A DNA stretch of 64,000 nt from Octopus vulgaris. Taxonomy: Eukaryota. A model generated the notes under the pieces. That model saw nothing but the letters and a program-made list of their open reading frames with translations. It did not search any database and was not told the DNA's origin. This document shows, piece after piece, positions 1 to 13,961 of the stretch (position 1 is the stretch's first letter; every line of letters begins with the position of its first letter). The stretch lies in NCBI GenBank assembly GCA_951406725.2, contig OX597834.1, positions 36,766,001 to 36,830,000 of the forward strand, in the 5' to 3' direction. Both the position numbers and the translations under genes were made by a program.

Positions 1-94
1 AAACACACACACGTACAATGGTACACTCCTATACATGTATGTGTTTGCATATGTATTTCTGGGCATGTATGTATGTCTATAAATGTATCTGTAT

Positions 95-277
95 TGTGAA
101 GAAGCTTGCTCCCAACCTCACGGTTCCGGGTTCAGTTCCCTCGCTCGGCACCTTGGACAAATGTCTTCTGCTACAGCCGCGTGTAGTAGATGGAAAGCTT
201 TGTGAATGGATTTGGTAAATGGAAACTGAAAGAAGCTCGTAGTAAATATATGTATATATATATATATATATATGTGT

Positions 278-319
<42 letters not shown>

Positions 320-540
320 ATGAATGTATGTGTATGTGTGTATGTGTGTTTGTGCTGTATTTGTCCCCATGTCGCCACTTGATACACGGTAGAGAATTGC
401 GGTACCGTAAAAGGGACCAATAAAATAAGTACCAAACTTGAAAAAAAAATAAGCATTGCGGTCAACTTGTTCGAGTAAACCTCTTAAAGATGCCCCAGCC
501 TGGCCGTTGTCCAGTGACTAAGGCATGTAAAGTATAAACG
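95..540 (+). mobile_element. SINE family A (tRNA-derived, CORE-like), diverged near-full copy
   Basis: GGTTCCGGGTTCAGTTCC B-box region, CACCTTGGACAAATGTCTT core, GGAAACTGAAAGAAGC, internal TA/TG microsatellite and 3' body match the copy at 22504. Confidence 0.8.
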
Positions 541-804
541 AAAAATTAAAGGTATAAACTGTATTTAAAAATTCCAAACATAATCGAATTGGGGCTTTAG
601 GCAATATGAACCTATTTAATAAACAACAGAATTTAGACGGAGAATGGAAGTTGCAAGCACCAGTGCCACACCAAAGCCAGACCTGTTCCTAATTTGCTCA
701 GTGCTATATCGCATGAGGTGGAGGTGGTCATGGATCGATCAGTCGGGAAGCAGAAAACGCTTGCGCATCTCCAAGCGATGGTATGCATGGTGCTGTTGTC
801 GGGA

Positions 805-1160
805 CGGTGGTGTGATGGGGTCTAATTGGTGGTGGTAGTGATGGTGGCGGTGGTAGTGGTGATGGTATTGGTGGTGATGGTGTTGGTGGTGGTGGTGGTG
901 GTGGTGGTGGTGGTGGTGGTGGTGGTGGTAGTGGTGATGGTATTGGTGGTGATGGTGATGGTGGTGGTAGTGGTGGTATTGGTGGTGATGGTGTTGGTGG
1001 TGGTAGTGATGGTGATGGTGGTGGTAGTGGTGGTGGTGGTTGTGGTGGTGATGGTGATGGTGGTGGTAGTGGTGGTGGTGGTAGTGGTAGAGGTGGTGGT
1101 GGTGGTGTTGGTGGTGGTGGTGGTGGTGGTGATGGTGGTGATTGTGGTGACACTGGTGGT
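805..1160. repeat. (GGT)n-based compound trinucleotide array
   Basis: GGT repeats with a recurring higher-order unit GTAGTGGTGATGGTATTGGTGGTGATGGTG. Confidence 0.9.
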
Positions 1161-1397
1161 CGAGGTAGTAAAATTGGTAGTGAATACAGAAATGATTGCT
1201 CCAACATGGCCGCACTATAGTAACTGTAACAACTACAAGAATAAAAGAATGCGTTGATGGTAGTGGTGGAGATATGGGTTTGTGGCTTTGTTTTTTTGTA
1301 GCTGTAGCTGTTGTAGTAGTGTTGTCTGCGACGGTTTTGAGGATGGTAGTTCTGGCGACGATTCTTTAAACTCAACGATAACAACGAAAGAAATATT

Positions 1398-1540
1398 CTT
1401 TTCTACTTTGGGAACAAGGCTCGAAATTTTAGCGGAGGAGGCCAGTCGATTAGATCGACCCCAATACGCAACTGGTACATACTTTATTGATCTCGAAAGG
1501 ATGAAATGCAAAGTCAACCTCGGTGGAATTTGAACTCAGA
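1398..1540 (-). mobile_element. SINE family B, partial
   Basis: Reverse complement of CTGAGTTCAAATTCC...CCTTTCG...GTACCAGTTGCG...GTAGAA seen in full copies. Confidence 0.8.
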
Positions 1541-1699
1541 CCAGTTCTGCTGGATAAGGCTGTAAATTGAAGGAACATGACTTTTGTTATTTTCAACATT
1601 TCAGGGATTCCTTTATAATGAGTCCGACGCCAGTGCCGCCAGGGCTTCGCAATGATTACAAAGAATATTCCTGTCGCCAATGTTGTAACTTTCGGTCTT

Positions 1700-1926
1700 G
1701 TATTTATTCTTTTATTCTTTTATTTGTTTCAGTCATTTGACTTTGACCATGCTGGAGCTTCACTTTTAGCGGAGGAAATCGACCCCAGGGACTTATTTTT
1801 GTAAGCCTAGTAATTATTCTATCGGTCTCTTTTGTCGAACTGCTAAGCTACAGGGACGAGAACACACCAACATCAATTGTCAAGCGATGTCGGGGGACAA
1901 ACTCAGACACACACACACACACACAC

Positions 1927-1930
<4 letters not shown>
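1700..1930 (-). mobile_element. SINE family A, 3' half
   Basis: TTGTTTCAGTCATTTGAC...CATGCTGGAGC...ATTCTATCGGTCTCTTTTG...CACACCAACATC matches the reverse complement of the family A 3' body. Confidence 0.8.
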
Positions 1931-1995
<65 letters not shown>

Positions 1996-2072
1996 AGTTT
2001 GAAAACGCCACTATATAAGATAAATTTTAATTTATCTCACTCTGTTCCCTAGACACAACAGAATAATATATA

Positions 2073-2107
<35 letters not shown>

Positions 2108-2606
2108 TTTAGAAAATAGAGAAAACCTTAGATCAACAAATCAATTGGACCACATCTGTAGCTTATTATTATTTAATACAAAACATGACATAACACACAC
2201 ACACATACAAACACACACAAACACACACACATATATATATATATATGATATTAACCATGTGAACTACGATGAAAAAATATGAGTAAATTGTGGTATATAA
2301 TTTTGTTTTTGTGCAGGGGTTCCTTGAGACGTAATTTATTTTAAGAGTAAAAAGGTTGGGAAACACTAACCCATCCATCATAAAAACACTCTTCTGCTTA
2401 ACATTGTATTTCTAATTATCGTTCTCTATGTCCCACCTTCCAACCAAATTTTTAATACGTAATAACTTTTACTTTTTCTTAAATGCACGTCATTAACACA
2501 TCTCTCTCTCTCCCTCTATTCTCCCGCTCTTCGCCTCTCCCTTCAACTAACCATGTGACAGCGTAATGCATTCGGCCTAAGCACATTAGTATGTGCTTCA
2601 AATCCC

Positions 2607-2792
2607 TTCAAATTTTGGCACAGGGAGAAGTCGATTACATCAACTCCAGTGTTCAACAGGTACATATTTCCTCGACCGCGAACGAATCAAAGGCAAAGTC
2701 GGTCTCAGCGGAATTTGAACTCAGAGACAAAGACGGACGAAACGCTGCTAAGCATTTTGTCCGGCGGGCTAACGATTCTACTAGCTCGCCAT
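2607..2792 (-). mobile_element. SINE family B
   Basis: GGCAAAGTCGG...GGAATTTGAACTCAGA...TAAGCATTT...GCTAACGATTCT...AGCTCGCC. Confidence 0.8.
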
Positions 2793-2813
2793 TTAATAAT
2801 AATAATAATGATG

Positions 2814-2874
<61 letters not shown>

Positions 2875-2947
2875 TGATGATGATGATGATAATGATGATG
2901 ATGATGATGACGAGGATGATGATGATGATGATAATAATAATAATAAT

Positions 2948-3190
2948 ATGGGAACTGTCCATATCCTACATAAAATACTTTCTATGTAATCTCAAATTTT
3001 AAAACAAACACAATTTTCTTATGGTTTCTTAAACATTCTCTAGAACAACACTACGTACAGAACGAAATATATGGTACCCCAGGCATAACACCAACATGAA
3101 CTTCTAACTTGTTTTCTCTTGAAGTTTCTGGGTGAGACTTGGAGCCAACTCGTACAATTGCAAAACAAAAGTCAAACATAAAATAATAAT
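2948..3190 (+). mobile_element. 3' end of an RLE-type (R4/Dong-like) non-LTR retrotransposon inside an (AAT)n array
   Basis: Encodes MGTVHILHKILSM*, resembling the C-terminal GTAHILRKVL* ending of R4/Dong ORFs (recalled, not searched). Followed by a ~200-bp 3' UTR and an AAT tail; AAT repeats also flank the 5' side. Confidence 0.6.
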
Positions 3191-3206
3191 AAAAATAATA
3201 ATAAAA

Positions 3207-3705
<499 letters not shown>

Positions 3706-3756
3706 CCTTTCTACTGGAAGCACAAGGCCTCAAATCTGGGGTAAGGGATTAAGTCG

Positions 3757-3843
<87 letters not shown>

Positions 3844-3847
3844 GTTA

Positions 3848-3891
<44 letters not shown>

Positions 3892-3909
3892 ACAATAATA
3901 ATAATAACT

Positions 3910-4045
3910 TTTCTACTCAAGGCACAAGGCCCAAAATTTTGGGGGGAGTGGGCCAGTCGATTAGATCGTCCTTAGTACTTGACTGGTACTTCATTTATCG
4001 ACCCCGAAAGGATGGAAGACGAAGTCGACCTCGGCGGAATTTGAA
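3910..4045 (-). mobile_element. SINE family B, partial
   Basis: TTCTACTCAAGGCACAAGGCCC...ATCGACCCCGAAAGGATG...GTCGACCTCGGCGGAATTTGAA. Confidence 0.8.
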
Positions 4046-4092
4046 TAATAACAATGATAATAATAATAGTAATAATTATTATAATAATAATA

Positions 4093-4124
<32 letters not shown>

Positions 4125-4200
4125 TAATAATAATAATAATAATATTAATAATAATAATAATAATATGGAGAACGATAATAGTAGCATGAACAGTAACGGC

Positions 4201-4990
4201 AACCACCACTACCATCACCACCACCACCACCACCACCACCACCACCACCACCACCACCACCACCACCACCACCACCACCACCACCACCACCACCACCACC
4301 ACCACCACCACCATCACCACCACCACCATTACTACCACCACCACCACCACCATCACCACCACCACCACCACCACCACCACCACTACCACCACCACCACCA
4401 CCACCATCCACCACCACCACCACCACCACCACCACCACCACCACTACCACCACCACTACCACTACCACTACCACCACCACCACCACCACTACCACTACCA
4501 CCACCACCACCGCCACCACCATCCACCTCCACCACCACCACCACCACCACCACCACCACCACCACCACCACCACCACCACCACCACCACCACCACCACCA
4601 CCACCACCACCACCACCACCACCACCACCACCACTACCACCACCACCACTACCACCACCACCACCACCACCACCACTACCACCACCACCACTACCACCAC
4701 CACCACCACTACCACCACCACTACCACCACCACTACCACCACCACTACCACCACCACCACCACTACCACCATCACCACCACCACCACTACCATCACCACC
4801 ACGACGACCACCACGACGACCACCACGACGACCACCACTACTACCACCACCACCACTACTACTACCACCACCACCACTACCACCACCACCACTACCACCA
4901 CCACCACCACCACCACCACCACCACCACCACCACCACCACCACCACCACCACTACCATCACCACCACCACTACCATCACCACCACCACCA
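4201..4990. repeat. ~790-bp (CAC/ACC)n trinucleotide array
   Basis: Nearly continuous CAC repeats with CTA/CAT variants; source of the spurious poly-His/Pro/Thr ORFs. Confidence 0.95.
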
Positions 4991-5384
4991 TAGCAACAAC
5001 AACAACAACAACAATAATAACAATAATAGTAATAATAATAATAACAACGATATCATCATCATCATCATCAGCAACAATAACGAAGACAACAACAACAACA
5101 ACAACAACAGCAGCAGCAGCAACAACAACAACAGCCACATCAACAACGGTAATAATACCGTAGTAAAGAGTAGTAAAGACGCTATTCCAGAACCTTCTTG
5201 TAACACTTGACTCACTTCTGGAGTCATTATTATATATTTTTAAAGACATTCACGCCGCGAACGGAGAAACACACATGCTGGGTTCGTGCCCCACTCCCTC
5301 CCATCGGCCCAACAACACTTTTCATTTTTATTTCCTCAATATTCACAGGACGATTGTAATAAAGTTGTTGTTTTTTTTTATTTC

Positions 5385-5429
<45 letters not shown>

Positions 5430-5801
5430 TTGTTAGTGGTTAGTAGGGGATAGAAAGGGGACTACAGGGAGAAGAGTAGGTTTGGGTAGAGTGTGAGGAA
5501 TGTAGGGGGGTTGAATTTGGAGGGGATTGGAGTGAAGTGATGGTGTGAGGATCTGGGGGTGGCAGAAAATGATGGCGGAGTGGTGGAGGAGGGGTGCGGT
5601 TGGATTGCTGGTTAAGAAAGCGAGAGAGGGTAGGAGCGAGTGGTAGGAAAGGGTGGGGTTGAGGAGAAAGGAGGGGATATATATGTATGTATATATATAT
5701 ATATATATGCACACACATACACACATATATAAATATTTTATTTATATAAACATTTATAAATATATATACATATATACATATACGGCAATATATATATATT
5801 C

Positions 5802-5867
<66 letters not shown>

Positions 5868-5926
5868 AGATATATATGTATATGAATATATATATATTGC
5901 CGTATGTATATATATATATATATATT

Positions 5927-5987
<61 letters not shown>

Positions 5988-6368
5988 ATATACGAAAGAG
6001 AGTAAGAGAGGAAAAGTGTAAGAAGGTCGAAAGAGAAAGATAAAAGGGAGGAACAGCGATAGGAAGAGGAGAGGGACAGAAAGAGAGATAGAAAGAGAAT
6101 AGTTAAGAAAGTGATGAGAGAGGGAGAATGAGAAAGTGGGAGAGAGAGGAAAAGGGTGAGAGGGGAGATATACAGATTAAAAGAGACAATGAAAAAAGTG
6201 GTGATAAGGTGAGTGGAAAAAGAAAGATTTAAAATGAGGGAGAAAGACTGGCAGAGGAAGGAGAGAGAGAGAGAGAGAGTGAGAGAGTGAGAGGAGGAAG
6301 AAAGAAGAAGGAGAGAGAAATAAGGACAAAAGTGAAAGAAGAAACAAGTTCAATGTGTATATTTATGA

Positions 6369-6403
<35 letters not shown>

Positions 6404-6560
6404 TGTGTATGTGTATGTGTGTGTGTGTGTGTGTGTGGAAAAATGTAGAAAGGTGGAAAGATGGGAAGTACGATAACGAAAGAAGAATTAAAGATTTAAC
6501 GAAGATAAGCAAGAGATAATGGTCCTCTACAGTATTTATATGTATATGTGCCTGTATATA

Positions 6561-6623
<63 letters not shown>

Positions 6624-6624
6624 G

Positions 6625-6660
<36 letters not shown>

Positions 6661-6775
6661 TATATGTATGTATGTATGTACCTATGTATGTACGTATGTA
6701 TGTATGCCTGGATATATATATATACGGATGTAGGTATTATGTAGTTATGTACGTATGCTTGTATATATTTGTGTG

Positions 6776-6779
<4 letters not shown>

Positions 6780-6812
<33 letters not shown>

Positions 6813-6845
6813 GTACTTATACACACACGCATACATATACATAGT

Positions 6846-6886
<41 letters not shown>

Positions 6887-6977
6887 GTACTTATACACAC
6901 ACGCATACATATACATAGTTATGTATATATATATATATATATACGTACTTATACACACACGCATACATATACATAGT

Positions 6978-7020
<43 letters not shown>
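6780..7020. repeat. Higher-order tandem repeat: (AT)n + ACGTACTTATACACACACGCATACATATACATAGTTATGT, 3 copies
   Basis: Identical ~40-bp unit recurs at about 6811, 6885 and 6943, separated by variable AT runs. Confidence 0.85.
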
Positions 7021-7150
7021 TATATATACATGGTAATATTCACTACACACATATTCACTCAATACAACCAAATACAAATTTTGTATTTTATACTCGCTGC
7101 TTTCTTTTATGAACCTAAACGTAGATGTGTTTATAGAGTCCCTTTTATAA

Positions 7151-7198
<48 letters not shown>

Positions 7199-7350
7199 AC
7201 ACATCACATCACATATATATTGACGTATTTAGATTTGCATCGACGAAATTCTTAAAACTATTCCTAGGAGTTCTAATAAAAGAGCGTTTTATTGTTTTTC
7301 TTTGTGTTCCGATATCAAAATGTGTTTTTTTTAAATGGAATTATTTAAAC

Positions 7351-7438
<88 letters not shown>

Positions 7439-7617
7439 GTGAAATAGAAAGATGAATAATCTTGTAGTAGATTAATCAAAAGTTTAACCGATACCTTGGC
7501 AGCAAAAATCACAGCAGTAAACAGCACGGTTGGAGGTACAACCATATGGTGTTGCAACCGTGCGTTGGTGCGGATAATTGAAATTAAAATATCATTTCTT
7601 CAATTCAGCAATAATAT

Positions 7618-7648
<31 letters not shown>

Positions 7649-7767
7649 ATATACATGTACATATACATATTTATATATATATATGTATGTATGTGTGTAT
7701 GTATATGTGCAGGTATTTATCATTGTTTGTCGAGAAACTTCTTGAAAAATATTCAGATATAAAACAA

Positions 7768-7935
7768 GCGTGGTTGCGTAATTAACAGGCTTGCTTTCTC
7801 ACCAGATTGTCGCCGGTTCAATTCTCATTGGCAATTTCCACGTGACACCTTGGGCAAATGTTTTCTACTATAGCTCAGATCCAGACCAAAGTTTTGTGAA
7901 TGGATTTAGTGGACGAAAGCTGAAAGAATCCCGTT
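7768..7935 (+). mobile_element. SINE family A, diverged 5' half
   Basis: GGTTCAATTC...CACCTTGGGCAAATGTTTTCTACTATAGC...GTGAATGGATTT...CTGAAAGAATCCCG. Confidence 0.7.
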
Positions 7936-8553
7936 AAAATGGCAGATTTAACTGTTTCTCTACAGATTGAAGAAGATGACGAATGTCTATAAACGGTTTT
8001 CGGATCTTATTGAGATCTCATCAGCGGTGTGTAAATTAATCGGCTAATCCCAGAGAAGTAAGTATCCAATATGCTTATATTCAAAAGAAATACAATAGCT
8101 TCAGAGAACTGCTGCTACTAATTTGCATATTACAAGTGTTTAACTCTGTATTTAATACCAGCAACTCGCTGGTATTAAACGGGGATATCAGGGTACGATG
8201 TGTATGTAAACAACGGGTTGTACGGTGCGCCGCATAGATAAATCAGGGGTTGAACAGAAAGAACACAGCAAGGACAAAACATAGTAAACAGAAGACGAAG
8301 ACACAGCAAGTGGAAAACCAACGAATGAAGGCAACATAGGGAAAACTAGACGATAATTTAACAAATGGAAAACAGGACAAAAACGAAACACACGGAACAT
8401 TCGCAGCCGATTTCCTCTTCAGTCAATGCCCGGAATGTTCTAGCAGTTTCGCGCTTTCCGCGTCTCTTGTTTTCGTCCAGTTTTCCGTATGTTGCGCTTT
8501 TTGTTGATTTTCTCCTTACTGTGTTTCATCTTCCGCTTGCTGTCTGTTCTTGC

Positions 8554-8555
<2 letters not shown>

Positions 8556-8585
<30 letters not shown>

Positions 8586-8980
8586 TGTATGTATGTATGT
8601 ATGTATGTATGTATGTATGTATGTATGTATGTATGCATGCATGTATGTATGTATGTATGTATGAATGAATGTATGTATGTATGTATGTATGTATGTATGT
8701 ATGTATGTATGTATGTGTGTATGTGTGTATGTATGTATGTATGTATGTATGTATGTATGTATGTATGTATGTATGTATGTATGTATGTATGCATGCATGT
8801 ATGTATGTATGTATGTATGAATGAATGTATGTATGTATGTATGTATGTATGTATGTATGTATGTGTGTATGTATGTGTGTATGTATGTATGTATGTATGT
8901 ATGTATGTATGTGTGTGTGTATGTATGTATGTATGTATGTATGTATGTATGTATGTATGTATGTATGTATGTATGTATGT
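8556..8980. repeat. (ATGT)n tetranucleotide array, ~425 bp
   Basis: Directly visible; a GCATGC...GAATGAAT variant block occurs twice. Confidence 0.95.
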
Positions 8981-9017
8981 ACAGAAAATTTAGTGACTGT
9001 GTGTCACTTTGAAAAAC

Positions 9018-9160
9018 ATATTTCGAACAAGGGTCTAGTGTCGCCATCTCTAGCCGAGCAGTTATTCTGAGCTGATGAAGAGAAATAACCCAGAAACCAT
9101 TGGTACATAGATATTGCCCTGGGTTGAGTGGGGACACTAGACTCCCTTGTTCGAAAATAT
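9018..9160. repeat. Long imperfect inverted repeat (arms ~9018-9060 and ~9115-9160)
   Basis: TATTTCGAACAAGGGTCTAGTGTCGCCA pairs with TGGGGACACTAGACTCCCTTGTTCGAAAATA. Confidence 0.85.
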
Positions 9161-9292
9161 AAGGGTGCATAGAATAAGTCGATAGCCAGCTGGAGACGAT
9201 GTTTCCTGGGGCTAAATAACAGTACCATTCGTCCTAATCAGGACTGCTACATTACGTTGGCCAATAATCTTTACTGCATGTATGTATGCATG

Positions 9293-9353
<61 letters not shown>

Positions 9354-9469
9354 TAGGGAAAATTTCGTCTGCAGTAGCTGTTGACCGTGTATAACTATTA
9401 AGAGCTGGGTTCATTAGTCACCGGTGTAATTGTGACACCAGTCTGTCATAAGATGGTTCCTCATTTACA

Positions 9470-9600
9470 GCAGAATGGACTGGAGCAAAGTGAAACGAAG
9501 TGACTCGCTCAAGAACACTACGTGCTTCCCGATCCAGGAACTGAATCCAAGATCTTGAGATCATAAGTATAAGACCTTGTTCATTAGACCATGTGCTTTC
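9470..9600 (-). mobile_element. SINE family C, diverged 5' fragment
   Basis: GGACTGGAGCAAAGTGAAACGAAGTGACTCGCTCAAGAACAC resembles 32962-33010. Confidence 0.55.
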
Positions 9601-10022
9601 ATGATTTTAACTAGAAGGAAAGATACACGGAAAACGTTCTGGTCCCAACCATTTTTTTTTTATTTACCTATGGACCCCTTTCATTCCAATTTCTGTCATG
9701 TGGCCTCTCATAGCCATTTGATGACAACGAGGGCCCATTAAATGTTATTAGCAATTGTATAAAAAATTGTTTAAATATTTTATGTTTTATATAATTTATG
9801 CCAGCATGGAAAGCGGACATCAAATGATGATGATGATGAGTTTTAAGCAGAGTTTTTCCAAGAACCGTAATTTTCGACAGCAAAATCTTACATGAGCCCT
9901 AAAGTGTCATATGGACTCCTGTTAGAAGCCGAAAGTCTAGAGCACTTGTTTTTAACCAGTTTTTACTTATGGACCCATTTACCTCCTAGTTAAGTCTACA
10001 GGATCTCCATAGCCATTCACTA

Positions 10023-10583
10023 CGGCAAAGTCTACCTCGGCGGCATTTGAACGCAGAACGTAAAGACAGACGAAATACCGCTAAGCATTTCGTCCTGCGT
10101 ACTAACGATTCTGCCAGCTCACCGTCTTCTTATTCAGTATGATAAGGGTTTCAAATTTTTCCACAAGGGCAGCAATTTAAGGGGGGTCGATCGCGTCGAC
10201 CCCAATGTTCAACTGGTACGTATTTTATCGACCCTGGAAGTGTGAAAGGCCAAGTCGACTTCGGCGGAATTTGAACTCAGAACGTAAGGACAGACGAAAT
10301 GCTTAGCGGCATTTCGTCCTGCGAGCTGACGATTCTGCCCGCTAGCTTCCCTATTAATAATCATAGCAATACTTTCTGCTGAAGGCACAAGGCTTCAAAA
10401 CTGCGAGGAGGGAGCCAGTCGATTACAACGACTCCAGTACGCAGCTGGTACTTATTTCATCGATCCCGAATAAGAGTGAAAGCAAAGTCGACCTCGGCGA
10501 AATTTGAACTCGGAGCGTAGCGGCAGACGAAATAGCGCTAAGCATTTCGTCCTGTGTGCAAACGATTCTGCCAGCTCGGCACC
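10023..10583 (-). mobile_element. Cluster of three same-orientation SINE family B copies
   Basis: CAAAGTCGACCTCGGCG-AATTTGAAC...GACGAAAT...GCATTTCGTCCTG...ACGATTCTGCC-like block occurs three times. Confidence 0.85.
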
Positions 10584-10645
10584 CTATTAATATATTATAA
10601 TAACAACGATAACAATAATACTACTACTACTACCACTTAATTCAT

Positions 10646-10694
<49 letters not shown>

Positions 10695-11176
10695 TTCCCT
10701 CTGAGAATAAGAACTGCAATAACACTACGCCCTCTCTATGATAGCAAAAAAAAAAACAACAACACCGACTACATCTCGCACCCCTGTCTTCTAAATCCTA
10801 TAATAGCAACCATAACAAACAATATTAGACCCCGATTTTGAAAAACAACAACAACAAAAACAACAACACCAGCAACAATAACAATAACCTATAACATCAC
10901 CGCCATTAGCAGCAACAACCACCACCACAACAACAACAGCAAGAAACACAGGTGTTGGAAATTTAAAGACCTTAAAAGTTTCTCTTAAAAAAGTACCCCT
11001 TCTACCCTGGTGGTCTGTAAGGTATGGGGGCCTATCACTGGTTAAGGTTTTATATGGGAACTGAGCATTATTATGGCTAAGTGAAGGGCGTTAATGGGGC
11101 CCCACCACTCACACACATCGCATAAATATAAACATAAACATAATTTTATGTTTATGCATGTATATATGTATGTGTA

Positions 11177-11235
<59 letters not shown>

Positions 11236-11282
11236 ACACACACATACACACACACACACATATATATACATATATATATATG

Positions 11283-11660
11283 TTTGTCATGTTTCACTCA
11301 TTAGATTGTGGCCATGCTGGGGCACAGCATTCAGGAATTTTTAGTGGAATGAATCGACTCCAGTACTACTTTTTTCTTTGAAGCCTGGAATATATCATAT
11401 CGGTCTGTTTTTGATGAACCACTAGGTTAAGCAGACGTAAACACACAAACACCGGTTGTCAAGCAGAAGTGAAGGACAAACACAAATGACACACATACAT
11501 ATGAATACGACGGGTTTGTTTCGGTTTCCGTCTAGCAAGTCCACTAACAAGGTTTTGGTCAGTCCGAGGCTATACTAGAAGAAACTTGCCCAAGGTGCCA
11601 CGCAGTGGAACTGAACACGGAACCATATGGTTGGGAAACAAACTTCATACCACACATCAA
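11283..11660 (-). mobile_element. SINE family A, near-full
   Basis: TGGCCATGCTGGGGCAC ... ACTTGCCCAAGGTGCCACGCAGTGGAACTGAAC ... GGTTGGGAAACAAACTTC. Confidence 0.85.
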
Positions 11661-11779
11661 CGGGTGCGCTAGCACACAAGCACACACACAAACACACACA
11701 CTCACACAAACACAAACACACACACACATACACACACACATACATACATACACACACTCATATACACATGCATGTGCTT

Positions 11780-12025
11780 ATTCTATTGGTCTCTTTGTCC
11801 GAGCTGCTAGGTTGCGGGGCCGTAAATACATCAACACCGGTTGAGGACCAACAGAAACAAAGATATATATATATATATAACGGGCTTCTTTCAGTTTCAG
11901 TCTGCCAAATTCACTGGCAAGGCTTTGATCGGCCTGCATCTAAAGCAGAATTCCACAGAGTGGGACCGAACCCAGAACCATATGGTTGAGACGCAATCTT
12001 CTTACTACACAGTCACTGCTGCGCC
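11780..12025 (-). mobile_element. SINE family A, internally deleted copy
   Basis: TTCTATTGGTCTCTTTG...CGGGCTTCTTTCAGTTTC...AGTGGGACCGAACCCAGAACCATATGGTTG. Confidence 0.7.
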
Positions 12026-12522
12026 GACAATCGCGACAGATCTAGGATAACATTATTAAGTTATAATAATACACTCAACAGCGATATCTGAAATAAGAGC
12101 GTCTATATCCACTGACCAAATCCGTTTGTATATTCACCAGATTAGCTTTTCACGTGTTGCATAAAATGGAGATATTTTCATAAGTGAAAGTACTTCATAC
12201 AATGACAAAATTTTGTCAACTACATATGTTTACAAATAATCTGTTGGTGAATCGTTTTAAATACGTAACAAAACTGGTCCTTAAAGATTTGTAGCTTTTT
12301 GCATTTTTTTGGCCATAAAAATACTTAGGCTTCACTTCGTTGAATTAAACCTCAAACGCCGAAACATAATATTTAAAAGCTACTTGAATTTTATGCATTG
12401 TTTATGATTTAATGTTTTATATTCTCATATGTTTGTGTGTGCGTGTGTGTGTGTGTGAATATACATTTATATGTATGTATATAGACAAATATATTTATAT
12501 GCATATCTAAGTGTGTGTGTTT

Positions 12523-12579
<57 letters not shown>

Positions 12580-12904
12580 CTTGCATGGGTACGTATGCAT
12601 ATGCATATAAGCGTATATATGTACATTTAAGCATTCATAGTTCGAAAGATAAGTGAGGATATATACACACACACACACACGCACACACACACACACGCAC
12701 ATACACACACACACTCACACACACACACACAAAGGCATACCCTGGGAACCTGACTGTGTCGGCAGTAATTTGCATGAAACAGCGAAAATTTCCTTTCTTA
12801 AGATCTCACGATAAACATGGCATTTTGACAACGGAATTATGTTTATACGTTTATTATAGGGTGTGGCAAGTGTCTATTTCTGTGACTATACATATACAGA
12901 CACT

Positions 12905-13005
<101 letters not shown>

Positions 13006-13274
13006 TAATATACATGCATACATATATATGTATATATATATGTATATATATATGTATATGTATACATATATATATAAATCTATGTATGTATATATACTTA
13101 TAAATATGTATACATATATATATACATATATATATATACATATATATATGTATGTGTATGTATATATATGTATGTATATTTCTATCTATCTATCTATCTA
13201 CCTATCTATCTATCTATCTATCTATCTATCTGTCTGTCCATCTCTATATGTATGTATGGATGTATGTATGTATG

Positions 13275-13309
<35 letters not shown>

Positions 13310-13480
13310 ATGTGTGTGTGTGTGTGTGTATGAAATATATATACTTACCTATTATATAATTATACACACCACAGAATAACATACAAAATTCAAAATATAC
13401 ATTATATGCATATATATATATTTTTATATATGCATGTATGTGTTTGTGTGCACGTATGTGTTCGTTTGCGTATGCATGCG

Positions 13481-13529
<49 letters not shown>

Positions 13530-13740
13530 GCAGGTGTATAATTTTAGTTTTAACATGCTCTTTACACTAGAACACGCGAGGTATTCGCTGCGGGATTTTA
13601 TCCCAGTAAAAAAACAAACAAACATAAATATAAAACCTGCAAAGTTTATATTTAAAATCACATGGAACTGACAGCCAAGTGTCTTCATCAGACAACCAGA
13701 CATGATATCTTTTTTTCTCCTCGATTTAGCATCTTCTGCA

Positions 13741-13961
13741 TGGCAGAAACGTTAGCACGCTGGGCGAAGTTCTTACCGGTATTTCGTCTGCCGCTATGTT
13801 CTGAGTTCAAATTTCGACGAGGTCGACTTTGCCTTTCATCCTTTCGGGGTCGATTAAATAAGTACCAGTTACGCACTGGGGTCGATAGAACGACTTAATC
13901 CGTTTGTCTGTCCTTGTTTGTCCCCTCTGTGTGTGGCCCCTTGTGGGCAGTAAAGAAATAA
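13741..13961 (+). mobile_element. SINE family B
   Basis: TGGCAGAAACGTTAGCACGC (A-box-like), GAGTTCAAATT (B-box), GCCTTTCATCCTTTCGGGGTCGATTAAATAAGTACC core, then linker. Confidence 0.9.

Noticed and set aside
4054-5163. 369-aa ORF (poly-N/H/P/T)
   Set aside because: Entirely trinucleotide repeat that lacks stops; multiple frames on both strands are open.
5430-6350. Strongly purine/G-skewed tract (also 24310-24660)
   Set aside because: Looks like decayed GA/GT simple repeats; no specific structure or coding signal I can support.
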